From: Piedraia hortae CBS 480.64
Lineage: Eukaryota
Length of the DNA stretch: 64,000 nucleotides
Direction: 5' to 3'
NCBI GenBank assembly: GCA_010093745.1
Contig: MU005967.1
Span: forward strand, 1 to 64,000
Made by a program: the position numbers and the translations under genes. How positions within the stretch are numbered: position 1 is the stretch's first letter; each line of letters starts with the position of its first letter. Shown here piece after piece: positions 13,273 through 24,860 of the stretch. The notes beneath the pieces were generated by a model. That model was given only the letters and a program-made list of their open reading frames with translations, ran no database searches and had not been told where the DNA came from.

Positions 13273-14859
13273 TCATCCACCCCCCCTCCTCCTCTCCCCC
13301 CCAAACTGTTCAAAGAACTGTACCCTCAGCCCGTCCTGCTCAAACGAATTCCCATCTACATGTTCAAAACTCCCCCATTCACCCTGCTCTCCTGCTTGTT
13401 GCATCGCGAGCCCATGCACGATACTCGGATCGACCATCTCATGATATAACAATCCGTGGGGGTCATATGCCCGCGCTGCTTCGCGTGCGAGGACATCGGA
13501 TAGGTTGGCGTGTTGGGATGGAGGTTGGGGGGAGGTTGTCGGGAGGTCGGTCGTGCCTAGGGGCCCAGAACCTAGGGGGAGGGTCGCGTCGCCCGGTAGG
13601 TTTTCGGCGCTCGATGAGTTAGCTTCAGCGGGCAACATTGCCCCGGTACCCATATTCGCTGTGCCTGCTATGTTCGCCGTTCCCGGAAGGTTCGCTCCGC
13701 TCGCTCCACCCGCTCCGCCTCCAAAACTCGTTGCACTCCCAGCGCCCGCCCCGATGACACCGCTTGCTCCGCTCGCGATACTCCCCCTGGTACGTATCGT
13801 CGGCTTCGCGGGCGCGAGCTCTCTACACTCAGGACAATTCCTCGTGACGGCGGAAACCGTCTCCTTGATTCTCACCCAATGATACTTCTCCGCGAGCTGC
13901 GCCGTAGTCTTATTGATTCCCCCATGGGTTTGCACATGCACAGCCCTCGCGAGCTCATACTGTTTCTTCGGGTCCGAGATGACCTCCTTATCCTTTAGGA
14001 ACAGCTTCTCGTCCTCATCCTCACCCTCAAGACGATAATGCGTCGCTGCGGAGCGGAGACGCGATTTCTCCGCCCTGTCGCTTCCGCTAGGGTACGTTCC
14101 TGTTTTAAGATAAAAACGGATCTTATCGAACCGTTCCTCTCCGCCCTCGGGGTCGGATTCTATTCCCAATTCGCGGCCGAAGATGATCGCATCGACGAGT
14201 TGATCGGGATATGATTTTAGTTTTCCACAGCCTTTAACCCGCCCGATGCGTTTAAACCCCAACGCATCCCAGATGCGGAGCGACGCTACGTTCGTCTCGT
14301 ACACGAGGTTGAAGACGGAGTAGGTATACCCCAATAGAGGTGCCCATTTGAGGTATACTTCGCCCATTAAGCGGCCTACGCCGCGGTTACGGGCTGCGTC
14401 TGTGACTAGGAAACCTGCGTTGCAGACATGGCTGCTTCGGCCGGGATAGTTGGGTTTGATGTAGAAGCTGCCGAGACATTGTTTGGACCAGTTGACGCCT
14501 TGGCGTTCAAGGTCCATTAGTTCTTCAGCACTGCAAATGTCACCGTAGACCATGATTGCGCCGAAGTTGGCGAACCAGTAGGGGCCGAATTGGCCGGGTG
14601 GGAAGGGGTCGAGCATGGGGTAGGTGTCGCCTTTGGAGATTTCGCGGTTCATGACGTTTTCGAGTTCCGAGAGGAGTTTGGGAGGAACGGAACGCCAGGT
14701 TGTGAAGGGGACGAGGCTGGCAATCGTGACGCGGTCGCGTAGGGTTACTTGGCAGGATTCGATTTCGAGAGGTAAAGGGCCCTCCGGAATGGGATAGGGT
14801 GGTGAGCCCGACACCCGGTAGATGGGTGGGGCGGAGGGATCTTCCAGCATGGCTGGCAT
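13273..14859 (-). CDS. SPT10: Spt10-like GNAT acetyltransferase with H2C2 zinc finger (histone gene activator)
   Basis: GSFYIKPNYPGRSSHVCNAGF, YSVFNLVY, KSRLRSAATHY, H-x3-HGGINKTT...C-x2-C. Confidence 0.85.
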   Translation of the reverse strand: MPAMLEDPSAPPIYRVSGSPPYPIPEGPLPLEIESCQVTLRDRVTIASLVPFTTWRSVPPKLLSELENVMNREISKGDTYPMLDPFPPGQFGPYWFANFGAIMVYGDICSAEELMDLERQGVNWSKQCLGSFYIKPNYPGRSSHVCNAGFLVTDAARNRGVGRLMGEVYLKWAPLLGYTYSVFNLVYETNVASLRIWDALGFKRIGRVKGCGKLKSYPDQLVDAIIFGRELGIESDPEGGEERFDKIRFYLKTGTYPSGSDRAEKSRLRSAATHYRLEGEDEDEKLFLKDKEVISDPKKQYELARAVHVQTHGGINKTTAQLAEKYHWVRIKETVSAVTRNCPECRELAPAKPTIRTRGSIASGASGVIGAGAGSATSFGGGAGGASGANLPGTANIAGTANMGTGAMLPAEANSSSAENLPGDATLPLGSGPLGTTDLPTTSPQPPSQHANLSDVLAREAARAYDPHGLLYHEMVDPSIVHGLAMQQAGEQGEWGSFEHVDGNSFEQDGLRVQFFEQFGGERRRGGG

Positions 14860-15337
14860 GGCGGAGGAGAGCTATTGCTGCGCGGCATGTTTAGTTGAGG
14901 TTGGGTGTTGTGGGTGGAGGAACGTACGATGCGCGGTATGGACTCAACTCGTTGGAAGGCTCGTCGCGGGAGTATGTCGTGGCACGCTTGTGGCTCGGGC
15001 CTTGCCGTGTGACGTCGTTTCATTGCTGGATAGGGTAATGTGAGGTGCTGTGAGATGTTCTTTCTAGCCATCAACTTGTGTAATCTACCTATTTCATGAG
15101 TCAAGACGTGTATAATGTGATGTGGGATGACTTGTTTGACGTGGACAGTTCTCTGATCAAAGTCCCGTGTCAATCGTTGGACGGTGCATGTTTCCAGAAT
15201 ACACCTCCTGATTAGAAAAACAACTGCATGATTCTCATCTGCTTTGACACATGGTAAAGAGCCAGTATGGTAAGCTTAGCATGTAATGGGATGCTGGCTA
15301 AGCGGCGGCCTCGAGCGGCACATAACTACATGTTCAC

Positions 15338-15737
15338 CTATGCAGCAATCGTAACCTCGACCTCGACGCCAGCCTCGATATTGATAATGATCTGCTTCAC
15401 AACCTCGGTCGGGGCATCGAGATCGATAAGACGCTTGTGGATCCTGAAATGCCTGTCAACCAAAGCACCCCCTTCTTACCATCCAACCATACCTCATCTC
15501 AAACGTATCCCAGGTCTTGCTACCCTCACCGCAAGGCGTCTTGCGGGTGCTGATACGGAGAGTGTTGTTGGGCATGCGAACGGGGCCCTTGACGCGGAGC
15601 TCCTTCGACTTGGCGCGCTGGATGAGTTCGTTGCACACCTTCTCAAGTGACTGGACCTTGCGCGAGGTCAGGGTGATGCGAATTTTGTGGATCTTGGGCG
15701 CATCCTGCTGCGTCTTCTTGGGCTCTTGGAACGACAT
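15338..15737 (-). CDS. RPS20: 40S ribosomal protein S20 (uS10)
   Basis: [32 protein letters not shown]; intron 15444-15492; ends VEVTIAA*. Confidence 0.97.
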
Positions 15738-16031
15738 GTTTGCTGATTCTTCGCTGGGATTCCAATCACGACTGAAAGGAGCGTTAGTAGAATCATTGAA
15801 TGAATGTCCCTCTGTACTCGCCTCGGTCTTTGGTGCGACGCGGCAAAGTGATGATCGGTGGGAGTTTTGCGAGAAAGTGAGGTTCGGGTGTGCAGGAAAT
15901 CTTGGCACGCTATGCTGAATCGGGCGAACGTGTCAGTCCTCTGATTGGCTGTTGTCGCGACGAAGTCACATGCTGTCATCACAGCTGAAGCAATCTGGCG
16001 AATCTTGAGAAGAGCAGTTTTTCCAAACTGC

Positions 16032-17945
16032 ATGGCCAAAGACATGATGCGCGACAAGCTTGCATTCGCACCCGTTCCGCTGCTTCGTATCAGATTGACC
16101 CTTGCACCGGAAGAATGGAAAGCTGCGATTGATTCCTGGTTGACCCTCGCCGAGCAGGCCTTCATCCTTCCTATGGATCTGTTCTCAAAGCAGTGCAAGC
16201 CCGGCCGCTCGATGTCGGAGTTCCTCAAGTCTTACTGCAGAGAATTAGCGATCCAGACGCCCGAAGATGGCTCTTTTACCAGCGAACAAGCGCGGAAACT
16301 GGAGAGGCTCTGCTTCCTCATTACCGACCGCGCCGTGACCGCCGACGAAGCAGACTGGATCGCAGACCCTACATTTCTGTCACACTTCTGCAAAGCCTTT
16401 ATCCGACAATCCGGTCCGCTTACCCGGTTTATGGACACACTCTGGAGCCACAAACAGTCCAAACTGGAAGCCGTACTGGCAAAAACAAAAGCAAACCTCA
16501 CCAAGATCCTAGAGTCCTCCAGTCCCGAATCCGCAATCACAGATCTTTTGTCATTAGCCCCACTCGTCCACACCTCCGCCCAAACAGGCATAACCTTCAT
16601 AACCGGCGCTGACTTCCTCGATTCTCTGGCCACAGCCTACTCGAACCTCAAACATCCCTCCCACCACAAAACCCTTGCAGGGTTCACCTACCTCTGTCTA
16701 TCCTCTTCCCAGAATAACATCTCTCTCCTCTCAGAAAGCATCTACAGCCTCAAAGCGCAAGCAGACAGCACAATTGGCACGCCATCCTTACTCGCAGACG
16801 TAGCCACAAACACGCCTTTACTCACGAAACTAGCCCTCATCTCAAGCAACTATAGCTCCGAGCGGGTGCGTAAGCTCTGCGAAATCGTGCAGCATTGCCG
16901 CATGCCGAGCATTGCAAGGCGGAGACGGAAAGGTAAAAACAAAGCAGAGAGTGTGGAAATGCACATCCACCGCATGAGTCTCGTTACGCAGATCCAGGAC
17001 TTATTCCCCGAATTAGGTGCCGGGTTCGTGCTTAAACTGCTTGACATTTATGGGGATAATGTCGAGGAAGCTACCGCGCATTTGCTTGAGGATGACCTTC
17101 CGTCATCTCTGCGTGGTATGGACAGATCAGAGACGGCGCCGGTGAATGATACTGTTGTGCGGGATGAGATCCAGCATTTGGTCCCAAGACCCACGCCGCC
17201 GCCTGCCTTGCCGCAGATGCCAGTAAGGCGGAACGTGTTTGATGATGATGAGATCCTTGCTGCGGATGCTTCGCGGGTGTATATTGGCAAGAGGAAGGAT
17301 GATTCTGCGGATCTCGGGCAAGCTAATAAGGCGGCGATTCTGTCTGCGCTTGCGGCGATTGATCCTGATGATGACGAGAGAGATGATACCTACGACGCTG
17401 GAGATGTTGGTGGGACAGTAGAGCCGACGTTAGCTGGAGGGGAAGTGCAGACGAATCAGGACGAGGAGGATATGATCCTCTTTGGAGCCTACAAGTGCGC
17501 GCCGGAGCTTTTCCTTCGCAGTTCTGAGGCCAGGAAGAGTCACATTCGAATGGATCTTAAGCGCGAGACAAATATGACAGATGAGATGATTGAGGGCTGG
17601 GCGATTATGCTGCAGCGCGATCCGCGCCGTCTTCGTCAGCTCGAGCAGCGATATAGCGATCGCGCGCTAAACCCGTTCCAGCCTGAGCTCGCGAGAACAG
17701 CGTATCAGCAAGATGACTCCGATTCGGCGGGTAAAGAGGCTCAAAGGGGTGGAAGGGGTCGCGGACGAGGTGGTTTCCGCAGGGGAAGGGGTGGAAGGGG
17801 GGGAGGCAACGTGGCTGGTCCGTCAGACGACGCGAGCACTGCTCAAGCACAGCGGAGGAAAGAGGCGAATAAAGGAAGTCGAGCCAATCATAACCGCAGA
17901 GACCAGAGAGCGTGGAAGATGGCTCGCGGCGGGCTTGCCGGTTAA
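16032..17945 (+). CDS. CUE3: CUE-domain protein, ASCC2/Cue3 (ribosome quality control trigger complex)
   Basis: SLVTQIQDLFPELGAGF CUE domain, DDDERDDTYD, TDEMIEGWAIML, RGG tract, KEANKGSRANHNRR; first ATG at 16032. Confidence 0.85.
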   Translation: MAKDMMRDKLAFAPVPLLRIRLTLAPEEWKAAIDSWLTLAEQAFILPMDLFSKQCKPGRSMSEFLKSYCRELAIQTPEDGSFTSEQARKLERLCFLITDRAVTADEADWIADPTFLSHFCKAFIRQSGPLTRFMDTLWSHKQSKLEAVLAKTKANLTKILESSSPESAITDLLSLAPLVHTSAQTGITFITGADFLDSLATAYSNLKHPSHHKTLAGFTYLCLSSSQNNISLLSESIYSLKAQADSTIGTPSLLADVATNTPLLTKLALISSNYSSERVRKLCEIVQHCRMPSIARRRRKGKNKAESVEMHIHRMSLVTQIQDLFPELGAGFVLKLLDIYGDNVEEATAHLLEDDLPSSLRGMDRSETAPVNDTVVRDEIQHLVPRPTPPPALPQMPVRRNVFDDDEILAADASRVYIGKRKDDSADLGQANKAAILSALAAIDPDDDERDDTYDAGDVGGTVEPTLAGGEVQTNQDEEDMILFGAYKCAPELFLRSSEARKSHIRMDLKRETNMTDEMIEGWAIMLQRDPRRLRQLEQRYSDRALNPFQPELARTAYQQDDSDSAGKEAQRGGRGRGRGGFRRGRGGRGGGNVAGPSDDASTAQAQRRKEANKGSRANHNRRDQRAWKMARGGLAG

Positions 17946-19699
17946 TCATCACCTGACTCGCCCTCATCACGAGGCATATTCATGCCCAGAGCCCGCATCA
18001 TGTTTCCTGCTGGACCCGACGTTCCAGTCTGACTTTTGAAAGATTCAAGCAGGTTCTTTGCCAGGTTGAGATCGACTTGGTTGTAGTCCTCGTCGTCGGA
18101 ACTGCTCAGCTCAGCTTCAGCTTCGGCATCCTCTTCCTCTACGGCCTTCTCTTTGCCCTTTGGCATCATATGAGGCGGCCGTTCGGGACCAAACATGGGC
18201 TTTTTAGCAGGTTTTGGACCTTTATCAAATGCCCCGTGTGCTTTCAATTCCTTATCCATCATGGCCATGACTTTCTTCACTTCCTCGTCCTCATCATCGG
18301 GAGTATCAACATCCATATCAGCGTCTTCTAACGCCAGCCGCCTCGCTTCATCAAGCAACCCGCTCTTCTCAATCTGCTCAGCAGTCATACCCCTCGTCTC
18401 CTTCATGGACTTTGCGAACAAATCATCTTCCTTTTTCTTCACCTCCTCATCATCACTCTCATCAGAAGCATCATCATCATCATCATCATCCCTCTCGGAC
18501 CCCTCCTCCTCCTCCTCCAAAAACCCTTTAAACCTATCAACCATCCTCCTCAAATTCTCCTGCGCAGTGTGATCTCCAAACCTCTTCGCCTCCTTCCCTG
18601 ACAGCTCCTTCTCCAGTTCATTATAATCAACATCCAACCACTCCTCACTATCCTCTCTCTTCTCCCACTTCTCAATCTCTGCATCAGACGGCAATCTCAC
18701 CTTTCCCACCTCCAACTCCCCCAACAACTTTTTAATTTCTGCCGCAACACCCCCACCCCCCTTCACAGCAAGCAGCATTTCAAACCCACACGCGACCTTC
18801 ATCCCGACCTCCAACTTCATATCCCCCTTCAGTCTCGGCCGAACACCAACCCACGAGGGCGGCGTCTCAAAAACCTGACTCCTCAACTGCGCGAAGCCCA
18901 CCCTCGTAAACTTGACACTAACATCTACGAAATCCTCTGGCGGGAAACACAACATCGCCAGATCCTTCGTCAGGAGGGGCTTCATGCTCACAAAATCGCG
19001 CAAATAAAAAGCCTCTATCGCCTTCGAAATCGATGCGGGAAAAGTATGAATAACCCACGCCAGCCTACGAGGGATGCTAACCACTGCATGATGGAACGTA
19101 GCTTCAATCTCGTCTGGATAATTCCGTAGCCGGAAGAAAGCTTCTTCTTCGATGTACGGCGAGATGATGAGTTTTTCGGGGTGGAGAGTTATAAATGATA
19201 GGGCAGAGGTTATAGGGAGGTTTGTGGGGAGGGTGGTGTCAAGGGGAATCAGGCGCAAGTGTCCATTGTTGAGCCAGAGTCTGTGCTCTGCGAGGTCGGG
19301 GTTTAGCCATCTTGGGAGGGAACTGGAGGCTTCGATGAGGAGGAATTCACCGTCTGTGTCACATATACGGATCCAGGCGTCAGGGCAGAGATTGCTGAGG
19401 GTGAGGAGGAGGTAGACGATGAACCACTCGTCGGAGAGGGAGTCGGCGAAGATGGTCCGGCCGTGGAGGGAGGGGGGTTGGGCTGAGGTTAGTTTGAGGA
19501 CGAAGGGGTCATGGTGCCAGATGTAGGATTTTGTGTGTTGTTTGACGAGGTTGGTGGCGGTTTGGAGGATCTGGGAGAGTCGTTGTTTGGGGTTTTTGGC
19601 ATTGGGGACGAAGATGGAGTATTCGACACAGTCATCGGGGATACGACGGGCGAAGGTGGAGGTAAAGTCTTCTGTTGGGTTGGAGATGTTTTCTGTCAT
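17942..19699 (-). CDS. ECD: Ecdysoneless/SGT1-family protein
   Basis: YIWHHDPF, DEWFIVYLL, DGEFLLIEA..LPRWL, NLAKNLLESFKSQ..GPAGNMM. Confidence 0.88.
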   Translation of the reverse strand: MTENISNPTEDFTSTFARRIPDDCVEYSIFVPNAKNPKQRLSQILQTATNLVKQHTKSYIWHHDPFVLKLTSAQPPSLHGRTIFADSLSDEWFIVYLLLTLSNLCPDAWIRICDTDGEFLLIEASSSLPRWLNPDLAEHRLWLNNGHLRLIPLDTTLPTNLPITSALSFITLHPEKLIISPYIEEEAFFRLRNYPDEIEATFHHAVVSIPRRLAWVIHTFPASISKAIEAFYLRDFVSMKPLLTKDLAMLCFPPEDFVDVSVKFTRVGFAQLRSQVFETPPSWVGVRPRLKGDMKLEVGMKVACGFEMLLAVKGGGGVAAEIKKLLGELEVGKVRLPSDAEIEKWEKREDSEEWLDVDYNELEKELSGKEAKRFGDHTAQENLRRMVDRFKGFLEEEEEGSERDDDDDDDASDESDDEEVKKKEDDLFAKSMKETRGMTAEQIEKSGLLDEARRLALEDADMDVDTPDDEDEEVKKVMAMMDKELKAHGAFDKGPKPAKKPMFGPERPPHMMPKGKEKAVEEEDAEAEAELSSSDDEDYNQVDLNLAKNLLESFKSQTGTSGPAGNMMRALGMNMPRDEGESGDD

Positions 19700-19913
19700 G
19701 CTGATGGGAGGGTCCTACCTCTCTGATCGACTATCTTTGGTGATTGTCTGGTAGAGGGCATGATGTCATCGAGCGAAGATGGCGTTACGCTAACTAGATT
19801 GGGATGTTGACATATGCAAACAACGACGCGCGACGCGCTCCATCCAGCGACAAACTGAGCGACATTCATCTGAGCATTCGCAAGCACATTGGGCATAGTA
19901 CAGCAGTTCCGCC

Positions 19914-22900
19914 ATGGCGGCGCCCTTCATCAATACGCCCGCTACCGAACGCGACGACGCGACCAACCTTTCCGCTCACATTGATTTCTCTTTTGCGCAG
20001 CCATTTGCCTCTCCCTCCAAAGACCCGGCGCAGAACCTCAGGAATCATATGAAGGATATGCGCAACGGCAGCCGGCCGCTGCAAACTCCGCGCGTGCGTC
20101 AGGCGCTTGTTGACCGGCGCAACGCTGGTGCTCTCAAACAGCAGGAGTTCACTCCTTTACTCAAAAGCGCACAGCGAAATCACATCGTAAAGCGGGACGG
20201 TTATGCTGAGAAGGAAAATTCTGGCATCCCAAACACCCCGGCGGCGTTCCGGTCAAGCTACGCCAGTCAGGCCGGGCAGTTGCCCATCAGCAGCTCCATC
20301 ATGGACGATGACACAGCGTCATCTGCTGGAAACCGCATAGGCGACATCACACAGCTTCCTGCTGAGAGTTCTTCAATGATGGACACCACACCCATCCCGC
20401 AAATGCCTGACCGCAGCAGGGGCAATGGTGCCGTCCTCGACCAAGGCAACATGCTCACGCTCCGGGAGCAAGAGTCCAAGTTAGACCAGGTGCAAAAGGA
20501 AAATTTCAGCCTCAAGCTCAAGATCCATTACCTCGAGGAGAACCTCAATAAGCAGGGCACCGCCCATCAACAGCAGGTCATCAAAGAGAACATCGATCTC
20601 AAGACAGAGAAGATGATCCTCGAACGGGAAGTGCGCACCCAGAGGAAGAAGCTACAAGAAGCTGCCCGCGAAATTGAAGAAGTTCGCACCACTACCGAGA
20701 CGACAGCGGAGACGAAGCGCGCATCAGACGAGCTTAAGAAAGTGCAAAAGCTGGCCGAAGAGCGCAAGTCAATTGCCGAGGAGAGGCTGCGTGAGATTGA
20801 TGACCTCAGACGGAAGCTCAAAGCCGCGGAAGCTGCACAGACTAATTCAGCCGAGACTCAGCGGCTTCGCGATGAAGTACAAGACCTAGAGGCTGATCTC
20901 CGTGACAAAGACATCCAGCTGGATGAGAAGACAGAAGAGGTGGAGAACCTGCAAGAGAAAATCAGAGAGCTTTCTCAAGCTACCGAGGGCGCGAATAATC
21001 TTCAGCAAGACATTGATGAGCTCGAGGCGGAGCTAAACGAAAAAGACAAGGTCCTCGCCAACAAAGAGGCTAGAATTGCGGAACTGGAGGGACGGGTTAA
21101 TTCTGCCTATGACCGTGACCAGTCGACGAATAAGTTACGCGGCGATGTCTCTTCTCTTGAGAGTAAACTGCGTGAGAAGGAGGCTCAGTTGGATGAGAAA
21201 GATGAAAATATCGAGATGCTGCAGAAGAAGGTCAGGGAACTTTCACAGGCTACTGAAGGTGCAAACAACCTGCAGCAAGATATCGATGACCTTGAAACAG
21301 AGCTTAATGAAAAGGATAATTTGATTGCGAGGAAGGAAGCCAGAATTGCGGAGTTGGAAGAGCGGGTTAATTCGGCTTTTGATAGGGATCAGTCAACGAA
21401 GAAGCTGCATGGGACTGTTTCTGGTTTGGAGACTAAGCTGCGTGAGAAGGAAGCGGCGCTGGATCAGGCCACTGTGCAAGTAAAGGAGATGCAGAAGCGT
21501 GTCAATACCCTTGAAGCAGATATTCAGACTCTCGAATTGGAAAGCGACATGGAACGGAAGAGTCATGAGGATGAGGTTAAGCGGCTGAAGACCAAACTCA
21601 AGTCTGCCAAGTCCAACACGGAGGAGACTGATCGGCTGGAGGATGAAATCCAGGCCCTGCACGAGAAGTTGCGATCGGCAAACAGTATGCATGCGGCTGA
21701 GATCCGTAGACTGACGCAAGAGGCGGCTGATGCTCGTCAGGAGCTCGAAGATGAGAAGGCCTCGTATACTTCTGATGTCAAGCGGCTGCAGGATGAAGTG
21801 CAGACGCTCAAGACGAGACTCAAGTCTTCTGGTAGTTCCAGCGCGAACGAGCTGCGCCAGTGGAAGCACCAAGCGGAGACGGCTCAGCGGAGGGTGGAAG
21901 AGGTCGAATCCGCACATGCGGCTGAAATGAAGCAGATTGAGGACACCGTCCGTAGTGTACAGGCTGAGCTAGAGGACAGACAGGGAGAGATTGCTGCCCT
22001 GAAGCAGCGACTCCAGACGGCTCGCGGCAGCTGGGACGCGGATGCCCGGGCTACAGATGCTCGCATTCAAGAGAAAGACTCTCAACTACAGGAGCGGGAT
22101 GCGCAGTTGCGGGCCAAGACGGCCATCATCGATGAGCGCGATGAGGAGCTGGTCAAGATCAAGCAGAAGCTGCGCGAGGCAACGTCCGATTTCGAAGAGA
22201 AAGTCCGGGCTGCAAACGCAAGCTTACAGACCAAACTCAACGACAAGGACCATCTGATCCAGTCCCGAGAGTCTGAGCTCAAGACGCTGCAGAACCGCTT
22301 TAGTTCCCTGCAGAATTCGGAGCTGAAGCAGAAGACTGACCGCATCCGTGAGCTGGAGAGGACTGTCAAGGAGCATGAAAACGCCGTCAGGGACCAATCG
22401 CAGCAGACCTTGTCGCTGAAAGCCCGTTTGAGTGCTATGGAGACGCCGTCGAAGAAGGACAGTCTGATTAGGCAGCAGGCTGAGGAACTTCACGCCGCAC
22501 GCCAGCGGTTGACTGAGGTGACGATGGAGAAGGAAGCTGAGCTGGACCAGATGGAGCAGCAGCTGGCTGAGATGGAGATTAAGAATGCGAAGTTGGAGAT
22601 GCAAGTCGATGTCCTTGCGCGTAAAGAAGAACTCGTCAATACCAAGCAAGAGCACATCGAGCTACTTGAAGCCGAGATGAGGCAGATGCAGGCCCAACTT
22701 ATCGATGCCGAGAAGAAACACGTAGATGTCCGTCGTCTGGAACGGGAACTCGATCTCGCTCGTGCCAGCACCCAAACCAGGACGGATCAACTCGAGCATG
22801 ACTTTGCCCGCATCAAATTAGACCTCCAAGATGAGATCGTCGTACTAGAAGCAGCAGTAGACGAAATGACCACCGAAAAGGGCTCCCTTGAGGACAAAGT

Positions 22901-23831
22901 CCGAGACCTAGAATCCCAACTCCACCAATTCAAAGTAAACGGCACACCCGTTCGCGAGCGAGACAATCTCCAACACAAACTCGCAACCTCGCACTCCACC
23001 ATTGAAGCACTCAAAACCTCCATCAAAACCCTCGAAGCCTCCGTAGAGTCCACAACCCGAGAACGCGACTCCCTCCAACACAAACTCCAAACCTCGCACT
23101 CCGACCTTGAAGCCCTCAAATCCTCAATACAAACCCTCGAAACAGAAGTTATCTCAATCACCGCCGACCGCGACTCTCTCCAACAAAATCTCTCTACAGC
23201 CGAAGCGAACCACACCGCCCTCCGCTCCACAATCGAAAAACTCGAGATCACAGCCCTACAACCACCCAAACCCCAAGACTCGGTCAAACTCCGCACTCGA
23301 ATCGAAAATCTAAAATCCGACCTCCAACACGAAAAATCACTCGCAGAACAGCGCCTAGCAGCCCTCCAAGCCCGGCACGAAGCGGAACTCAAAGGCCTAG
23401 CGAAACAAATCCAGTTTCTCCGTGCGAAATGCACACGGGAGGAGAACTTTCGTGCTGATCTAGCGTTTTCGAAGAAGTTCTTTCTGCTACAGATTGAGCT
23501 TTATAATAAATGGTGCGTTTGCTGTCACTACTTATCCTCTCTCTCTCTTTCTCTCTCTTTCTCTCCCTCCCCCTTCCGCCCCCGGCCACCCACCCGATGC
23601 TAATCTGTTTATAGTAATCAAACGGACCTGCGATTACTAGAGGAAATGGGCATCACGCCGGATATGACTGTCCTCACCGAGCAGAGACCATCTCTGCGGT
23701 CCGTGGGGCTGATGGTTATTAGTTGTATAAGGATGAAACGACTCCAACAGAGTTGGGCGGCGAATGCGAGGGTTCAGGAGGCGTTGATTAGGAAGTTGGA
23801 TGCAATGAGGAGACAGCGTGTTAGAGCATAA
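19914..23831 (+). CDS. PCP1: Pericentrin-like spindle pole body protein (CM1 motif, coiled coil, PACT domain)
   Basis: TLREQE..KENFSLKLKIHYLEE (CM1); intron 23513-23614 joins FRADLAFSKKFF..YNKC-NQTDLRLLEEMG; LRSVGLMVISCIRMKRL (PACT). Confidence 0.88.
20961..21470 (+). repeat. Intragenic tandem duplication, 270-nt (90-aa) unit
   Basis: RELSQATEGANNLQQDID..DRDQST..KLREKEA repeated at 20961 and 21231. Confidence 0.9.
22953..23250 (+). repeat. Intragenic 105-nt (35-aa) repeat, about 3 copies
   Basis: RERDNLQHKL / RERDSLQHKL / ADRDSLQQNL units. Confidence 0.8.
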
Positions 23832-23847
23832 TGACTGGTGTTTCTGG

Positions 23848-24054
23848 TTATTGTTTTATGAGGCTTGAAAATTTATGGTCGCGTTCCGTCATTACCCTCC
23901 TCAACTCCGCTTTAGCTGCTTCGGATTTCGAATCCGCTGCTTCAGGGTCAGGGGGTATAAATTTGAATGATGCGAGGTGGGTGGTCAGCTTGTCGACTTT
24001 CTCGCGGGGCGAAGATACTTTTTCATGGTTCCTGAATCGAACCCCAGGGCGCAT
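23848..24054 (-). CDS. 68-aa ORF duplicating the HAUS1 C-terminus (functional status unknown)
   Basis: LASFKFIPPDPEAA..AKAELRRVMTERDHKFSSLIK aligns with HAUS1 LAAFEALPPDPGAA..AREELRRVTRERDRSFEGLIK. Confidence 0.5.
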   Translation of the reverse strand: MRPGVRFRNHEKVSSPREKVDKLTTHLASFKFIPPDPEAADSKSEAAKAELRRVMTERDHKFSSLIKQ

Positions 24055-24860
24055 TACTTAATGAGTCCCTCAAAACTCCGATCGCGCTCCCTCGTAACCC
24101 TCCTCAACTCCTCCCTCGCTTGTTCAATTCTCTCCCCCGCCGCCCCCGGATCAGGAGGCAAAGCTTCGAACGCGGCAAGTCTCTTCTCCAACCCCTCCAA
24201 CCTCTTGCGAAGCGCCTTTACCCTTTCCATCCTCTCCCAAACCTCACCAACCTCCCCCTCGGACCCATCCCTCTTCAGCACCGCCAAGCGGGAGTCATAC
24301 TCCCCCACCTTCGCCCGCACGACCTTTGTACTTTTCCCCCACTCTGTAGCCTTCTCATGCAGCTCGGCGTAGGAAGGGAAAGCATCTAGCCCCGATATTA
24401 TAGCTTCTAGGTTGGACTGTTCGGAGCGGAGGGCAGACTGTGTCGCTTCCGCCCTAGAAACCCTCCCCTCCAATTCAAAAACCTCATTCGTGAGGCGCAC
24501 ACAAGCCGGTGCTAACCCCTGGGGCTGAACCCCAAGGAGCACACTCGCTGCTGCTAGTTCATTAAGACCCTCCCTAGCATGGGGAGTTAAAGTTCCAAGG
24601 AGGGATGTGCAGAACTCACTACCCTTTGAAGCGGAGCGTAGAGTTGACATTTGCACGTTTTCAGTGAGATGTCTCAGCTCATCAGCTTTTTCGTTTAGGT
24701 TCGCGAGGGTTAGGAGTGCTTGGAGGGTTTCCTCTGTGCGTTCGAATACTGGGGGGGTGGCAGGGTGGTACTTTTTCGAGAGCCAGGTTGTGACGGACGC
24801 CCAGTCTTGAGCTTGGAGGTGCGCTGCGAGGGCTTTGGAGGGGGAAAATGATGTTTCCAT
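24054..24860 (-). CDS. HAUS1: Augmin/HAUS complex subunit 1-like protein
   Basis: FSPSKA..DWASVTTWLSKKY..PVFERTEETLQALLTLANLNEKAD, C-terminal F..LPPD motif. Confidence 0.75.
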   Translation of the reverse strand: METSFSPSKALAAHLQAQDWASVTTWLSKKYHPATPPVFERTEETLQALLTLANLNEKADELRHLTENVQMSTLRSASKGSEFCTSLLGTLTPHAREGLNELAAASVLLGVQPQGLAPACVRLTNEVFELEGRVSRAEATQSALRSEQSNLEAIISGLDAFPSYAELHEKATEWGKSTKVVRAKVGEYDSRLAVLKRDGSEGEVGEVWERMERVKALRKRLEGLEKRLAAFEALPPDPGAAGERIEQAREELRRVTRERDRSFEGLIK

